The notes under the pieces are model-generated. The model was not told the origin of the DNA, searched no databases, and saw only the letters and a list, made by a program, of their open reading frames with translations. DNA of 64,000 bases from Auanema rhodensis. Lineage: Eukaryota > Animalia > Nematoda. Both the position numbers and the translations under genes were made by a program. Shown piece after piece: positions 28,201-43,800 of this stretch. The stretch spans positions 20,088,001-20,152,000 of the forward strand of contig OZ059896.1 of the NCBI GenBank assembly GCA_964057225.1. Reading direction: 5' to 3'. Each line of letters begins with the position of its first letter. Position 1 is the first letter of the stretch.

Positions 28201-31200
28201 CTCAACATTGCTTCCAAAAACATTTTGACAAAAATTTTTTCGAAAAATTTCGAAATAATTTAGCAAAAAGTAGATGTTTTTAGATTCCTTTATTCAAGGC
28301 AAAGACGATGGACAATGTTATTCAACGAAAAAATTAATTCTTTAGGGTGAAAATCGAGGATATAAGTGTGAACTTATATCAGTTGATATCTCGGTGCATT
28401 TTTAAGCTAGCGCAAATCTGATAACACAGATCGACGCAGCTTAAAAATGCGCATCGAATGCACTATACTACATTGAAAAACGCTTGATACAAAAATTAGT
28501 TATGATCGTTTGAAAAATGATGCATTAGTGTATGTTGAGTTTCCATGTACACTCAACATTGCTTCCAAAAACATTTTGACAAAAATTTTTTCGAAAAATT
28601 TCAAAATAATTTAGCAAAAAGTAGATGTTTTTAGATTCCATTTTTCAAGGCAAAGACGATGGACAGTGTTATTCAACGAAAAAAATAATTCTTCAGGGTG
28701 AAAATCGAGGATATAAGTGTGAACTTATATCAGTTGATATCTCGGTGCATTTTTAAGCTAGCGCAAATCTGATAACACAGATCGACGCAGCTTAAAAATG
28801 CGCATCGAATGCACTATACTACATTGAGAAACGCTTGATACAAAAATTAGTTATGATCGTTTGAAAAATGATGCATTAGTGTATGTTGAGTTTCCATGTA
28901 CACTCAACATTGCTTCCAAAAACATTTTGACAAAAATTTTTTCGAAAAATTTCAAAATAATTTAGCAAAAAGTAGATGTTTTTAGATTCCATTTTTCAAG
29001 GCAAAGACGAAGGACAATGTTATTCAACGAAAAAATTAATTCTTCAGGGTGAAAATCGAGGATATAAGTGTGAACTTATATCAGTTGATATCTCGGTGCA
29101 TTTTTAAGCTAGCGCAAATCTGATAACACAGATCGACGCAGCTTAAAAATCCGCATCGAATGCACTATACTACATTGAGAAACGCTTGATACAAAATTTA
29201 GTTATGATCGTTTGAAAAATGATGCATTAGTGTATGTTGAGTTTCCATGTACACTCAACATTGCTTCCAAAAACATTTTGACAAAAATTTTTTCGAAAAA
29301 TTTCAAAATAATTTAGCAAAAAGTAGATGTGTTTAGATTCCTTTATTCAAGGCAAAGACGATGGACAATGTTATTCAACGAAAAAATTAATTCTTTAGGG
29401 TGAAAATCGAGGATATAAGTGTGAACTTATATCAGTTGATATCTTGGTGCATTTTTAAGCTAGCGCAAATCTGATAACACAGATCGACGCAGCTTAAAAA
29501 TCCGCATCGAATGCACTATACTACATTGAAAAACGCTTAATACAAAAATTAGTTATGATCGTTTGAAAAATGATGCATTAGTGTATGTTGAGTTTCCATG
29601 TACACTCAACATTGCTTCCAAAAACATTTTGACAAAAATTTTTTCGAAAAATTTCAAAATAATTTAGCAAAAAGTAGATGTTTTTAGATTCCTTTATTCA
29701 AGGCAAAGACGATGGACAATGTTATTCAACGAAAAAATTAATTCTTTAGGGTGAAAATCGAGGATATAAGTGTGAACTTATATCAGTTGATATCTTGGTG
29801 CATTTTTAAGCTAGCGCAAATCTGATAACACAGATCGACGCAGCTTAAAAATCCACATCGAATGCACTATACTACATTGAAAAACGCTTAATACAAAAAT
29901 TAGTTATGATCGTTTGAAAAATGATGCATTAGTGTATGTTGAGTTTCCATGTACACTCAACATTGCTTCCAAAAACATTTTGACAAAAATTTTTTCGAAA
30001 AATTTCAAAATAATTTAGCAAAAAGTAGATGTTTTTAGATTCCTTTATTCAAGGCAAAGACGATGGACAATGTTATTCAACGAAAAAATTATTCCTTCAG
30101 GGTGAAAATCGAGGATATAAGTGTGAACTTATATCAGTTGATATCTCGGTGCATTTTTAAGCTAGCGCAAATCTGATAACACAGATCGACGCAGCTTAAA
30201 AATCCGAATCGAATGCACTATACTACATTGAGAAACGCTTGATACAAAAATTAGTTATGATCGTTTGAAAAATGATGCATTAGTGTATGTTGAGTTTCCA
30301 TGTACACTCAACATTGCTTCCAAAAACATTTTGACAAAAATTTTTTCGAAAAATTTCAAAATAATTTAGCAAAAAGTAGATGTTTTTAGATTCCATTTTT
30401 CAAGGCAAAGACGATGGACAATGTTATTCAACGAAAAAATTAATTCTTCAGGGTGAAAATCGAGGATATAAGTGTGAACTTATATCAGTTGATATCTCGG
30501 TGCATTTTTAAGCTAGCGCAAATCTGATAACACAGATCGACGCAGCGTAAAAATCCGCATCGAATGCACTATACTACATTGAGAAACGCTTAATACAAAA
30601 ATTAGTTATGATCGTTTGAAAAATGATGCATTAGTGTATGTTGAGTTTCCATGTACACTCAACATTGCTTCCAAAAACATTTTGACAAAAATTTTTTCGA
30701 AAAATTTCGAAATAATTTAGCAAAAAGTAGATGTTTTTAGATTCCTTTATTCAAGGCAAAGACGATGGACAATGTTATTCAACGAAAAAATTAATTCTTC
30801 AGGGTGAAAATCGAGGATATATGTGTGAACTTATATCAGTTGATATCTCGGTGCATTTTTAAGCTAGCGCAAATCTGATAACACAGATCGACGCAGCTTA
30901 AAAATCCGCATCGAATGCACTATACTACATTGAAAAACGCTTAATACAAAAATTAGTTATGATCGTTTGAAAAATGATGCATTAGTGTATGTTGAGTTTC
31001 CATGTACACTCAACATTGCTTCCAAAAACATTTTGACAAAAATTTTTTCGAAAAATTTCAAAATAATTTAGCAAAAAGTAGATGTTTTTAGATTCCTTTA
31101 TTCAAGGCAAAGACGATGGACAATGTTATTCAACGAAAAAATTAATTCTTCAGGGTGAAAATCGAGGATATAAGTGTGAACTTATATCAGTTGATATCTC

Positions 31201-31800
31201 GGTGCATTTTTAAGCTAGCGCAAATCTGATAACACAGATCGACGCAGCTTAAAAATCCGAATCGAATGCACTATACTACATTGAGAAACGCTTGATACAA
31301 AAATTAGTTATGATCGTTTGAAAAATGATGCATTAGTGTATGTTGAGTTTCCATGTACACTCAACATTGCTTCCAAAAACATTTTGACAAAAATTTTTTC
31401 GAAAAATTTCAAAATAATTTAGCAAAAAGTAGATGTTTTTAGATTCCTTTATTCAAGGCAAAGACGATGGACAATGTTATTCAACGAAAAAATTAATTCT
31501 TCAGGGTGAAAATCGAGGATATAAGTGTGAACTTATATCAGTTGATATCTCGGTGCATTTTTAAGCTAGCGCAAATCTGATAACACAGATCGACGCAGCT
31601 TAACAATCCGAATCGAATGCACTATACTACATTGAGAAACGCTTGATACAAAAATTAGTTATGATCGTTTGAAAAATGATGCATTAGTGTATGTTGAGTT
31701 TCCATGTACACTCAACATTGCTTCCAAAAACATTTTGACAAAAATTTTTTCGAAAAATTTCGAAATAATTTAGCAAAAAGTAGATGTTTTTAGATTCCTT
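25272..31800. repeat. Tandem duplication with 10-monomer (3510-bp) offset
   Basis: Private variants paired at 25687/29197, 25821/29331 and 26345/29855. Confidence 0.9.
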
Positions 31801-34800
31801 TATTCAAGGCAAAGACGATGGACAATGTTATTCAACGAAAAAATTAATTCTTCAGGGTGAAAATCGAGGATATATGTGTGAACTTATATCAGTTGATATC
31901 TCGGTGCATTTTTAAGCTAGCGCAAATCTGATAACACAGATCGACGCAGCTTAAAAATCCGCATCGAATGCACTATACTACATTGAAAAACGCTTAATAC
32001 AAAAATTAGTTATGATCGTTTGAAAAATGATGCATTAGTGTATGTTGAGTTTCCATGTACACTCAACATTGCTTCCAAAAACATTTTGACAAAAATTTTT
32101 TCGAAAAATTTCAAAATAATTTAGCAAAAAGTAGATGTTTTTAGATTCCTTTATTCAAGGCAAAGACGATGGACAATGTTATTCAACGAAAAAATTAATT
32201 CTTCAGGGTGAAAATCGAGGATATAAGTGTGAACTTATATCAGTTGATATCTCGGTGCATTTTTAAGCTAGCGCAAATCTGATAACACAGATCGACGCAG
32301 CTTAAAAATCCGAATCGAATGCACTATACTACATTGAGAAACGCTTGATACAAAAATTAGTTATGATCGTTTGAAAAATGATGCATTAGTGTATGTTGAG
32401 TTTCCATGTACACTCAACATTGCTTCCAAAAACATTTTGACAAAAATTTTTTCGAAAAATTTCAAAATAATTTAGCAAAAAGTAGATGTTTTTAGATTCC
32501 TTTATTCAAGGCAAAGACGATGGACAATGTTATTCAACGAAAAAATTAATTCTTCAGGGTGAAAATCGAGGATATAAGTGTGAACTTATATCAGTTGATA
32601 TCTCGGTGCATTTTTAAGCTAGCGCAAATCTGATAACACAGATCGACGCAGCTTAAAAATCCGAATCGAATGCACTATACTACATTGAGAAACGCTTGAT
32701 ACAAAAATTAGTTATGATCGTTTGAAAAATGATGCATTAGTGTATGTTGAGTTTCCATGTACACTCAACATTGCTTCCAAAAACATTTTGACAAAAATTT
32801 TTTCGAAAAATTTCAAAATAATTTAGCAAAAAGTAGATGTTTTTAGATTCCTTTTTTCAAGGCAAAGACGATGGACAATGTTATTCAACGAAAAAATTAT
32901 TCCTTCAGGGTGAAAATCGAGGATATAAGTGTGAACTTATATCAGTTGATATTTCGGTGCATTTTTAAGCTAGCGCAAATCTGATAACACAGATCGACGC
33001 AGCTTAAAAATCCGCATCGAATGCACTATACTACATTGAGAAACGCTTAATACAAAAATTAGTTATGATCGTTTGAAAAATGATGCATTAGTGTATGTTG
33101 AGTTTCCATGTACACTCAACATTGCTTCCAAAAACATTTTGACAAAAATTTTTTCGAAAAATTTCAAAATAATTTAGCAAAAAGTAGATGTTTTTAGATT
33201 CCTTTATTCAAGGCAAAGACGATGGACAATGTTATTCAACGAAAAAATTAATTCTTCAGGGTGAAAATCGAGGATATAAGTGTGAACTTATATCAGTTGA
33301 TATCTCGGTGCATTTTTAAGCTAGCGCAAATCTGATAACACAGATCGACGCAGCTTAAAAATCCGAATCGAATGCACTATACTACATTGAGAAACGCTTG
33401 ATACAAAAATTAGTTATGATCGTTTGAAAAATGATGCATTAGTGTATGTTGAGTTTCCATGTACACTCAACATTGCTTCCAAAAACATTTTGACAAAAAT
33501 TTTTTCGAAAAATTTCAAAATAATTTAGCAAAAAGTAGATGTTTTTAGATTCCTTTATTCAAGGCAAAGACGATGGACAATGTTATTCAACGAAAAAATT
33601 AATTCTTCAGGGTGAAAATCGAGGATATAAGTGTGAACTTATATCAGTTGATATCTCGGTGCATTTTTAAGCTAGCGCAAATCTGATAACACAGATCGAC
33701 GCAGCTTAAAAATCCGAATCGAATGCACTATACTACATTGAGAAACGCTTGATACAAAAATTAGTTATGATCGTTTGAAAAATGATGCATTAGTGTATGT
33801 TGAGTTTCCATGTACACTCAACATTGCTTCCAAAAACATTTTGACAAAAATTTTTTCGAAAAATTTCAAAATAATTTAGCAAAAAGTAGATGTTTTTAGA
33901 TTCCTTTATTCAAGGCAAAGACGATGGACAATGTTATTCAACGAAAAAATTAATTCTTCAGGGTGAAAATCGAGGATATAAGTGTGAACTTATATCAGTT
34001 GATATCTCGGTGCATTTTTAAGCTAGCGCAAATCTGATAACACAGATCGACGCAGCTTAAAAATCCGAATCGAATGCACTATACTACATTGAGAAACGCT
34101 TGATACAAAAATTAGTTATGATCGTTCGAAAAATGATGCATTAGTGTATGTTGAGTTTCCATGTACACTCAACATTGCTTCCAAAAACATTTTGACAAAA
34201 ATTTTTTCGAAAAATTTCAAAATAATTTAGCAAAAAGTAGATGTTTTTAGATTCCTTTATTCAAGGCAAAGACGATGGACAATGTTATTCAACGAAAAAA
34301 TTAATTCTTCAGGGTGAAAATCGAGGATATAAGTGTGAACTTATATCAGTTGATATCTCGGTGCATTTTTAAGCTAGCGCAAATCTGATAACACAGATCG
34401 ACGCAGCTTAAAAATCCGAATCGAATGCACTATACTACATTGAGAAACGCTTGATACAAAAATTAGTTATGATCGTTTGAAAAATGATGCATTAGTGTAT
34501 GTTGAGTTTCCATGTACACTCAACATTGCTTCCAAAAACATTTTGACAAAAATTTTTTCGAAAAATTTCAAAATAATTTAGCAAAAAGTAGATGTTTTTA
34601 GATTCCTTTATTCAAGGCAAAGACGATGGACAATGTTATTCAACGAAAAAATTAATTCTTCAGGGTGAAAATCGAGGATATAAGTGTGAACTTATATCAG
34701 TTGATATCTCGGTGCATTTTTAAGCTAGCGCAAATCTGATAACACAGATCGACGCAGCTTAAAAATCCGAATCGAATGCACTATACTACATTGAGAAACG

Positions 34801-37800
34801 CTTGATACAAAAATTAGTTATGATCGTTTGAAAAATGATGCATTAGTGTATGTTGAGTTTCCATGTACACTCAACATTGCTTCCAAAAACATTTTGACAA
34901 AAATTTTTTCGAAAAATTTCAAAATAATTTAGCAAAAAGTAGATGTTTTTAGATTCCTTTATTCAAGGCAAAGACGATGGACAATGTTATTCAACGAAAA
35001 AATTAATTCTTCAGGGTGAAAATCGAGGATATAAGTGTGAACTTATATCAGTTGATATCTCGGTGCATTTTTAAGCTAGCGCAAATCTGATAACACAGAT
35101 CGACGCAGCTTAAAAATCCGAATCGAATGCACTATACTACATTGAGAAACGCTTGATACAAAAATTAGTTATGATCGTTCGAAAAATGATGCATTAGTGT
35201 ATGTTGAGTTTCCATGTACACTCAACATTGCTTCCAAAAACATTTTGACAAAAATTTTTTCGAAAAATTTCAAAATAATTTAGCAAAAAGTAGATGTTTT
35301 TAGATTCCTTTTTTCAAGGCAAAGACGATGGACAATGTTATTCAACGAAAAAATTATTCCTTCAGGGTGAAAATCGAGGATATAAGTGTGAACTTATATC
35401 AGTTGATATCTCGGTGCATTTTTAAGCTAGCGCAAATCTGATAACACAGATCGACGCAGCTTAAAAATCCGAATCGAATGCACTATACTACATTGAGAAA
35501 CGCTTGATACAAAAATTAGTTATGATCGTTTGAAAAATGATGCATTAGTGTATGTTGAGTTTCCATGTACACTCAACATTGCTTCCAAAAACATTTTGAC
35601 AAAAATTTTTTCGAAAAATTTCAAAATAATTTAGCAAAAAGTAGATGTTTTTAGATTCCTTTTTTCAAGGCAAAGACGATGGACAATGTTATTCAACGAA
35701 AAAATTATTCCTTCAGGGTGAAAATCGAGGATATAAGTGTGAACTTATATCAGTTGATATCTTGGTGCATTTTTAAGCTAGCGCAAATCTGATAACAGAG
35801 ATCGACGCAGCTTAAAAATCCGCATCGAATGCACTATACTACAATGAGAAACGCTTAATACAAAAATTAGTTATGATCGTTTGAAAAATGATGCATTAGT
35901 GTATGTTGAGTTTCCATGTACACTCAACATTGCTTCCAAAAACATTTTGACAAAAATTTTTTCGAAAAATTTCAAAATAATTTAGCAAAAAGTAGATGTT
36001 TTTAGATTCCAGTTTTCAAGGCAAAGACGATGGACAATGTTATTCAACGAAAAAATTAATTCTTCAGGGTGAAAATCGAGGATATATGTGTGAACTTATA
36101 TCAGTTGATATCTCGGTGCATTTTTAAGCTAGCGCAAATCTGATAACACAGATCGACGCAGCTTAAAAATCCGCATCGAATGCACTATACTACATTGAGA
36201 AACGCTTAATACAAAAATTAGTTATGATCGTTTGAAAAATGATGCATTAGTGTATGTTGAGTTTCCATGTACACTCAACATTGCTTCCAAAAACATTTTG
36301 ACAAAAATTTTTTCGAAAAATTTCAAAATAATTTAGCAAAAAGTAGATGTTTTTAGATTCCAGTTTTCAAGGCAAAGACGATGGACAATGTTATTCAACG
36401 AAAAAATTAATTCTTCAGGGTGAAAATCGAGGATATATGTGTGAACTTATATCAGTTGATATCTCGGTGCATTTTTAAGCTAGCGCAAATCTGATAACAC
36501 AGATCGACGCAGCTTAAAAATCCGCATCGAATGCACTATACTACATTGAGAAACGCTTAATACAAAAATTAGTTATGATCGTTTGAAAAATGATGCATTA
36601 GTGTATGTTGAGTTTCCATGTACACTCAACATTGCTTCCAAAAACATTTTGACAAAAATTTTTTCGAAAAATTTCAAAATAATTTAGCAAAAAGCAGATG
36701 TTTTTAGATTTCAGTTTTCAAGGCAAAGACGATGGACAATGTTATTCAACGAAAAAATTATTCCTTCAGGGTGAAAATCGAGGATATAAGTGGGAACTTA
36801 TATCAGTTGATATCTCGGTGCATTTTTAAGCTAGCGCAAATCTGATAACAGAGATCGACGCAGCTTAAAAATCCGCATCGAATGCACTATACTACATTGA
36901 GAAACGCTTAATACAAAAATTAGTTATGATCGTTTGAAAAATGATGCATTAGTGTATGTTGAGTTTCCATGTACACTCAACATTGCTTCCAAAAACATTT
37001 TGACAAAAATTTTTTCGAAAAATTTCAAAATAATTTAGCAAAAAGTAGATGTTTTTAGATTCCTTTATTCAAGGCAAAGACGATGGACAATGTTATTCAA
37101 CGAAAAAATTAATTCTTCAGGGTGAAAATCGAGGATATAAGTGTGAACTTATATCAGTTGATATCTCGGTGCATTTTTCAGCTAGCGCAAATCTGATAAC
37201 ACAGATCGACGCAGCTTAAAAATCCGCATCGAATGCACTATACTACATTGAGAAACGCTTGATACAAAAATTAGTTATGATCGTTTGAAAAATGATGCAT
37301 TAGTGTATGTTGAGTTTCCATGTACACTCAACATTGCTTCCAAAAACATTTTGACAAAAATTTTTTCGAAAAATTTCAAAATAATTTAGCAAAAAGTAGA
37401 TGTTTTTAGATTCCATTTTTCAAGGCAAAGACGATGGACAATGTTATTCAACGGAAAAATTATTTCTTCAGGGTGAAAATCGAGGATATAAGTGTGAACT
37501 TATATCAGTTGATATCTCGGTGCATTTTTAAGCTAGCGCAAATCTGATAACACAGATCGACGCAGCTTAAAAATGCGCATCGAATGCACTATACTACATT
37601 GAGAAACGCTTGATACAAAAATTAGTTATGATCGTTTGAAAAATGATGCATTAGTGTATGTTGAGTTTCCATGTACACTCAACATTGCTTCCAAAAACAT
37701 TTTGACAAAAATTTTTTCGAAAAATTTCAAAATAATTTAGCAAAAAGTAGATGTTTTTAGATTCCATTTTTCAAGGCAAAGACGATGGACAATGTTATTC

Positions 37801-40800
37801 AACGAAAAAATTAATTCTTCAGGGTGAAAATCGAGGATATAAGTGTGAACTTATATCAGTTGATATCTCGGTGCATTTTTAAGCTAGCGCAAATCTGATA
37901 ACACAGATCGACGCAGCTTAAAAATGCGCATCGAATGCACTATACTACATTGAGAAACGCTTGATACAAAAATTAGTTATGATCGTTTGAAAAATGATGC
38001 ATTAGTGTATGTTGAGTTTCCATGTACACTCAACATTGCTTCCAAAAACATTTTGACAAAAATTTTTTCGAAAAATTTCAAAATAATTTAGCAAAAAGTA
38101 GATGTTTTTAGATTCCATTTTTCAAGGCAAAGACGATGGACAATGTTATTCAACGAAAAAATTAATTCTTCAGGGTGAAAATCGAGGATATAAATGTGAA
38201 CTTATATCAGTTGATATCTCGGTGCATTTTTAAGCTAGCGCAAATCTGATAACACAGATCGACGCAGCTTAAAAATCCGCATCGAATGCACTATACTACA
38301 TTGAGAAACGCTTGATACAAAAATTAGTTATGATCGTTTGAAAAATGATGCATTAGTGTATGTTGAGTTTCCATGTACACTCAACATTGCTTCCAAAAAC
38401 ATTTTGACAAAAATTTTTTCGAAAAATTTCAAAATAATTTAGCAAAAAGTAGATGTTTTTAGATTTCATTTTTCAAGGCAAAGACGATGGACAATGTTAT
38501 TCAACGGAAAAATTATTTCTTCAGGGTGAAAATCGAGGATATAAGTGTGAACTTATATCAGTTGATATCTCGGTGCATTTTTAAGCTAGCGCAAATCTGA
38601 TAACACAGATCGACGCAGCTTAAAAATCCGCATCGAATGCACTAAACTACATTGAGAAACGCTTAATACAAAAATTAGTTATGATCGTTTGAAAAATGAT
38701 GCATTAGTGTATGTTGAGTTTCCATGTACACTCAACATTGCTTCCAAAAACATTTTGACAAAAATTTTTTCGAAAAATTTCAAAATAATTTAGCAAAAAG
38801 TAGTTGTTTTTAGATTCCATTTTTCAAGGCAAAGACGATGGACAGTGTTATTCAACGAAAAAATTAATTCTTCAGGGTGAAAATCGAGGATATAAGTGTG
38901 AACTTATATCAGTTGATATCTCGGTGCATTTTTAAGCTATCGCAAATCTGATAACACAGATCGACGCAGCTTAAAAATCCGCATCGAATGCACTATACTA
39001 CATTGAAAAACGCTTGATACAAAAATTAGTTATGATCGTTTGAAAAATGATGCATTAGTGTATGTTGAGTTTCCATGTACACTCAACATTGCTTCCAAAA
39101 ACATTTTGACAAAAATTTTTTCGAAAAATTTCAAAATAATTTAGCAAAAAGTAGATGTTTTTAGATTCCATTTTTCAAGGCAAAGACGATGGACAATGTT
39201 ATTCAACGAAAAAATTAATTCTTCAGGGTGAAAATCGAGGATATAAGTGTGAACTTATATCAGTTGATATCTCGGTGCATTTTTAAGCTAGCGCAAATCT
39301 GATAACACAGATCGACGCAGCTTAAAAATGCGCATCGAATGCACTATACTACATTGAGAAACGCTTGATACAAAAATTAGTTATGATCGTTTGAAAAATG
39401 ATGCATTAGTGTATGTTGAGTTTCCATGTACACTCAACATTGCTTCCAAAAACATTTTGACAAAAATTTTTTCGAAAAATTTCAAAATAATTTAGCAAAA
39501 AGTAGATGTTTTTAGATTCCATTTTTCAAGGCAAAGACGATGGACAATGTTATTCAACGAAAAAATTAATTCTTCAGGGTGAAAATCGAGGATATAAGTG
39601 TGAACTTATATCAGTTGATATCTCGGTGCATTTTTAAGCTAGCGCAAATCTGATACCACAGATCGACGCAGCTTAAAAATCCGCATCGAATGCACTATAC
39701 TACATTGAGAAACGCTTGATACAAAAATTAGTTATGATCGTTTGAAAAATGATGCATTAGTGTATGTTGAGTTTCCATGTACACTCAACATTGCTTCCAA
39801 AAACATTTTGACAAAAATTTTTTCGAAAAATTTCAAAATAATTTAGCAAAAAGTAGATGTTTTTAGATTCCATTTTTCAAGGCAAAGACGATGGACAATG
39901 TTATTCAACGAAAAAATTAATTCTTCAGGGTGAAAATCGAGGATATAAGTGTGAACTTATATCAGTTGATATCTCGGTGCATTTTTAAGCTAGCGCAAAT
40001 CTGATAACACAGATCGACGCAGCTTAAAAATGCGCATCGAATGCACTATACTACATTGAGAAACGCTTGATACAAAAATTAGTTATGATCGTTTGAAAAA
40101 TGATGCATTAGTGTATGTTGAGTTTCCATGTACACTCAACATTGCTTCCAAAAACATTTTGACAAAAATTTTTTCGAAAAATTTCAAAATAATTTAGCAA
40201 AAAGTAGATGTTTTTAGATTCCATTTTTCAAGGCAAAGACGATGGACAATGTTATTCAACGAAAAAATTAATTCTTCAGGGTGAAAATCGAGGATATAAG
40301 TGTGAACTTATATCAGTTGATATCTCGGTGCATTTTTAAGCTAGCGCAAATCTGATACCACAGATCGACGCAGCTTAAAAATCCGCATCGAATGCACTAT
40401 ACTACATTGAGAAACGCTTGATACAAAAATTAGTTATGATCGTTTGAAAAATGATGCATTAGTGTATGTTGAGTTTCCATGTACACTCAACATTGCTTCC
40501 AAAAACATTTTGACAAAAATTTTTTCGAAAAATTTCAAAATAATTTAGCAAAAAGTAGATGTTTTTAGATTTCATTTTTCAAGGCAAAGACGATGGACAA
40601 TGTTATTCAACGGAAAAATTATTTCTTCAGGGTGAAAATCGAGGATATAAGTGTGAACTTATATCAGTTGATATCTCGGTGCATTTTTAAGCTAGCGCAA
40701 ATCTGATAACACAGATCGACGCAGCTTAAAAATCCGCATCGAATGCACTAAACTACATTGAGAAACGCTTAATACAAAAATTAGTTATGATCGTTTGAAA

Positions 40801-43800
40801 AATGATGCATTAGTGTATGTTGAGTTTCCATGTACACTCAACATTGCTTCCAAAAACATTTTGACAAAAATTTTTTCGAAAAATTTCAAAATAATTTAGC
40901 AAAAAGTAGATGTTTTTAGATTTCATTTTTCAAGGCAAAGACGATGGACAATGTTATTCAACGGAAAAATTATTTCTTCAGGGTGAAAATCGAGGATATA
41001 AGTGTGAACTTATATCAGTTGATATCTCGGTGCATTTTTAAGCTAGCGCAAATCTGATAACACAGATCGACGCAGCTTAAAAATCCGCATCGAATGCACT
41101 AAACTACATTGAGAAACGCTTAATACAAAAATTAGTTATGATCGTTTGAAAAATGATGCATTAGTGTATGTTGAGTTTCCATGTACACTCAACATTGCTT
41201 CCAAAAACATTTTGACAAAAATTTTTTCGAAAAATTTCAAAATAATTTAGCAAAAAGTAGTTGTTTTTAGATTCCATTTTTCAAGGCAAAGACGATGGAC
41301 AGTGTTATTCAACGAAAAAATTAATTCTTCAGGGTGAAAATCGAGGATATAAGTGTGAACTTATATCAGTTGATATCTCGGTGCATTTTTAAGCTAGCGC
41401 AAATCTGATAACACAGATCGACGCAGCTTAAAAATGCGCATCGAATGCACTATACTACATTGAGAAACGCTTAATACAAAAATTAGTTATGATCGTTTGA
41501 AAAATGATGCATTAGTGTATGTTGAGTTTCCATGTACACTCAACATTGCTTCCAAAAACATTTTGACAAAAATTTTTTCGAAAAATTTCAAAATAATTTA
41601 GCAAAAAGTAGATGTTTTTAGATTCCTTTATTCAAGGCAAAGACGATGGACAATGTTATTCAACGAAAAAATTAATTCTTCAGGGTGAAAATCGAGGATA
41701 TAAGTGTGAACTTATATCAGTTGATATCTCGGTGCATTTTTAAGCTAGCGCAAATCTGATAACACAGATCGACGCAGCTTAAAAATCCGCATCGAATGCA
41801 CTATACTACATTGAGAAACGCTTGATACAAAAATTAGTTATGATCGTTTGAAAAATGATGCATTAGTGTATGTTGAGTTTCCATGTACACTCAACATTGC
41901 TTCCAAAAACATTTTGACAAAAATTTTTTCGAAAAATTTCAAGATAATTTAGCAAAAAGTAGATGTTTTTAGATTCCATTTTTCAAGGCAAAGACGATGG
42001 ACAATGTTATTCAACGAAAAAATTAATTCTTCAGGGTGAAAATCGAGGATATAAGTGTGAACTTATATCAGTTGATATCTCGGTGCATTTTTAAGCTAGC
42101 GCAAATCTGATAACACAGATCGACGCAGCTTAAAAATGCGCATCGAATGCACTATACTACATTGAGAAACGCTTGATACAAAAATTAGTTATGATCGTTT
42201 GAAAAATGATGCATTAGTGTATGTTGAGTTTCCATGTACACTCAACATTGCTTCCAAAAACATTTTGACAAAAATTTTTTCGAAAAATTTCAAAATAATT
42301 TAGCAAAAAGTAGATGTTTTTAGATTCCATTTTTCAAGGCAAAGACGATGGACAATGTTATTCAACGAAAAAATTAATTCTTCAGGGTGAAAATCGAGGA
42401 TATAAGTGTGAACTTATATCAGTTGATATCTCGGTGCATTTTTAAGCTAGCGCAAATCTGATACCACAGATCGACGCAGCTTAAAAATCCGCATCGAATG
42501 CACTATACTACATTGAGAAACGCTTGATACAAAAATTAGTTATGATCGTTTGAAAAATGATGCATTAGTGTATGTTGAGTTTCCATGTACACTCAACATT
42601 GCTTCCAAAAACATTTTGACAAAAATTTTTTCGAAAAATTTCAAAATAATTTAGCAAAAAGTAGATGTTTTTAGATTTCATTTTTCAAGGCAAAGACGAT
42701 GGACAATGTTATTCAACGGAAAAATTATTTCTTCAGGGTGAAAATCGAGGATATAAGTGTGAACTTATATCAGTTGATATCTCGGTGCATTTTTAAGCTA
42801 GCGCAAATCTGATAACACAGATCGACGCAGCTTAAAAATCCGCATCGAATGCACTAAACTACATTGAGAAACGCTTAATACAAAAATTAGTTATGATCGT
42901 TTGAAAAATGATGCATTAGTGTATGTTGAGTTTCCATGTACACTCAACATTGCTTCCAAGAACATTTTGACAAAAATTTTTTCGAAAAATTTCAAAATAA
43001 TTTAGCAAAAAGTAGATGTTTTTAGATACCTTTATTCAAGGCAAAGACGATGGACAATGTTATTCAACGAAAAAATTAATTCTTCAGGGTGAAAATCGAG
43101 GATATAAGTGTGAACTTATATCAGTTGATATCTCGGTGCATTTTTAAGCTAGCGCAAATCTGATAACACAGATCGACGCAGCTTAAAAATCCGCATCGAA
43201 TGCACTATACTACATTGAGAAACGCTTGATACAAAAATTAGTTATGATCGTTTGAAAAATGATGCATTAGTGTATGTTGAGTTTCCATGTACACTCAACA
43301 TTGCTTCCAAAAACATTTTGACAAAAATTTTTTCGAAAAATTTCAAAATAATTTAGCAAAAAGTAGATGTTTTTAGATTCCATTTTTCAAGGCAAAGACG
43401 ATGGACAATGTTATTCAACGAAAAAATTAATTCTTCAGGGTGAAAATCGAGGATATAAGTGTGAACTTATATCAGTTGATATCTCGGTGCATTTTTAAGC
43501 TAGCGCAAATCTGATACCACAGATCGACGCAGCTTAAAAATCCGCATCGAATGCACTATACTACATTGAGAAACGCTTGATACAAAAATTAGTTATGATC
43601 GTTTGAAAAATGATGCATTAGTGTATGTTGAGTTTCCATGTACACTCAACATTGCTTCCAAAAACATTTTGACAAAAATTTTTTCGAAAAATTTCAAAAT
43701 AATTTAGCAAAAAGTAGATGTTTTTAGATTTCATTTTTCAAGGCAAAGACGATGGACAATGTTATTCAACGGAAAAATTATTTCTTCAGGGTGAAAATCG

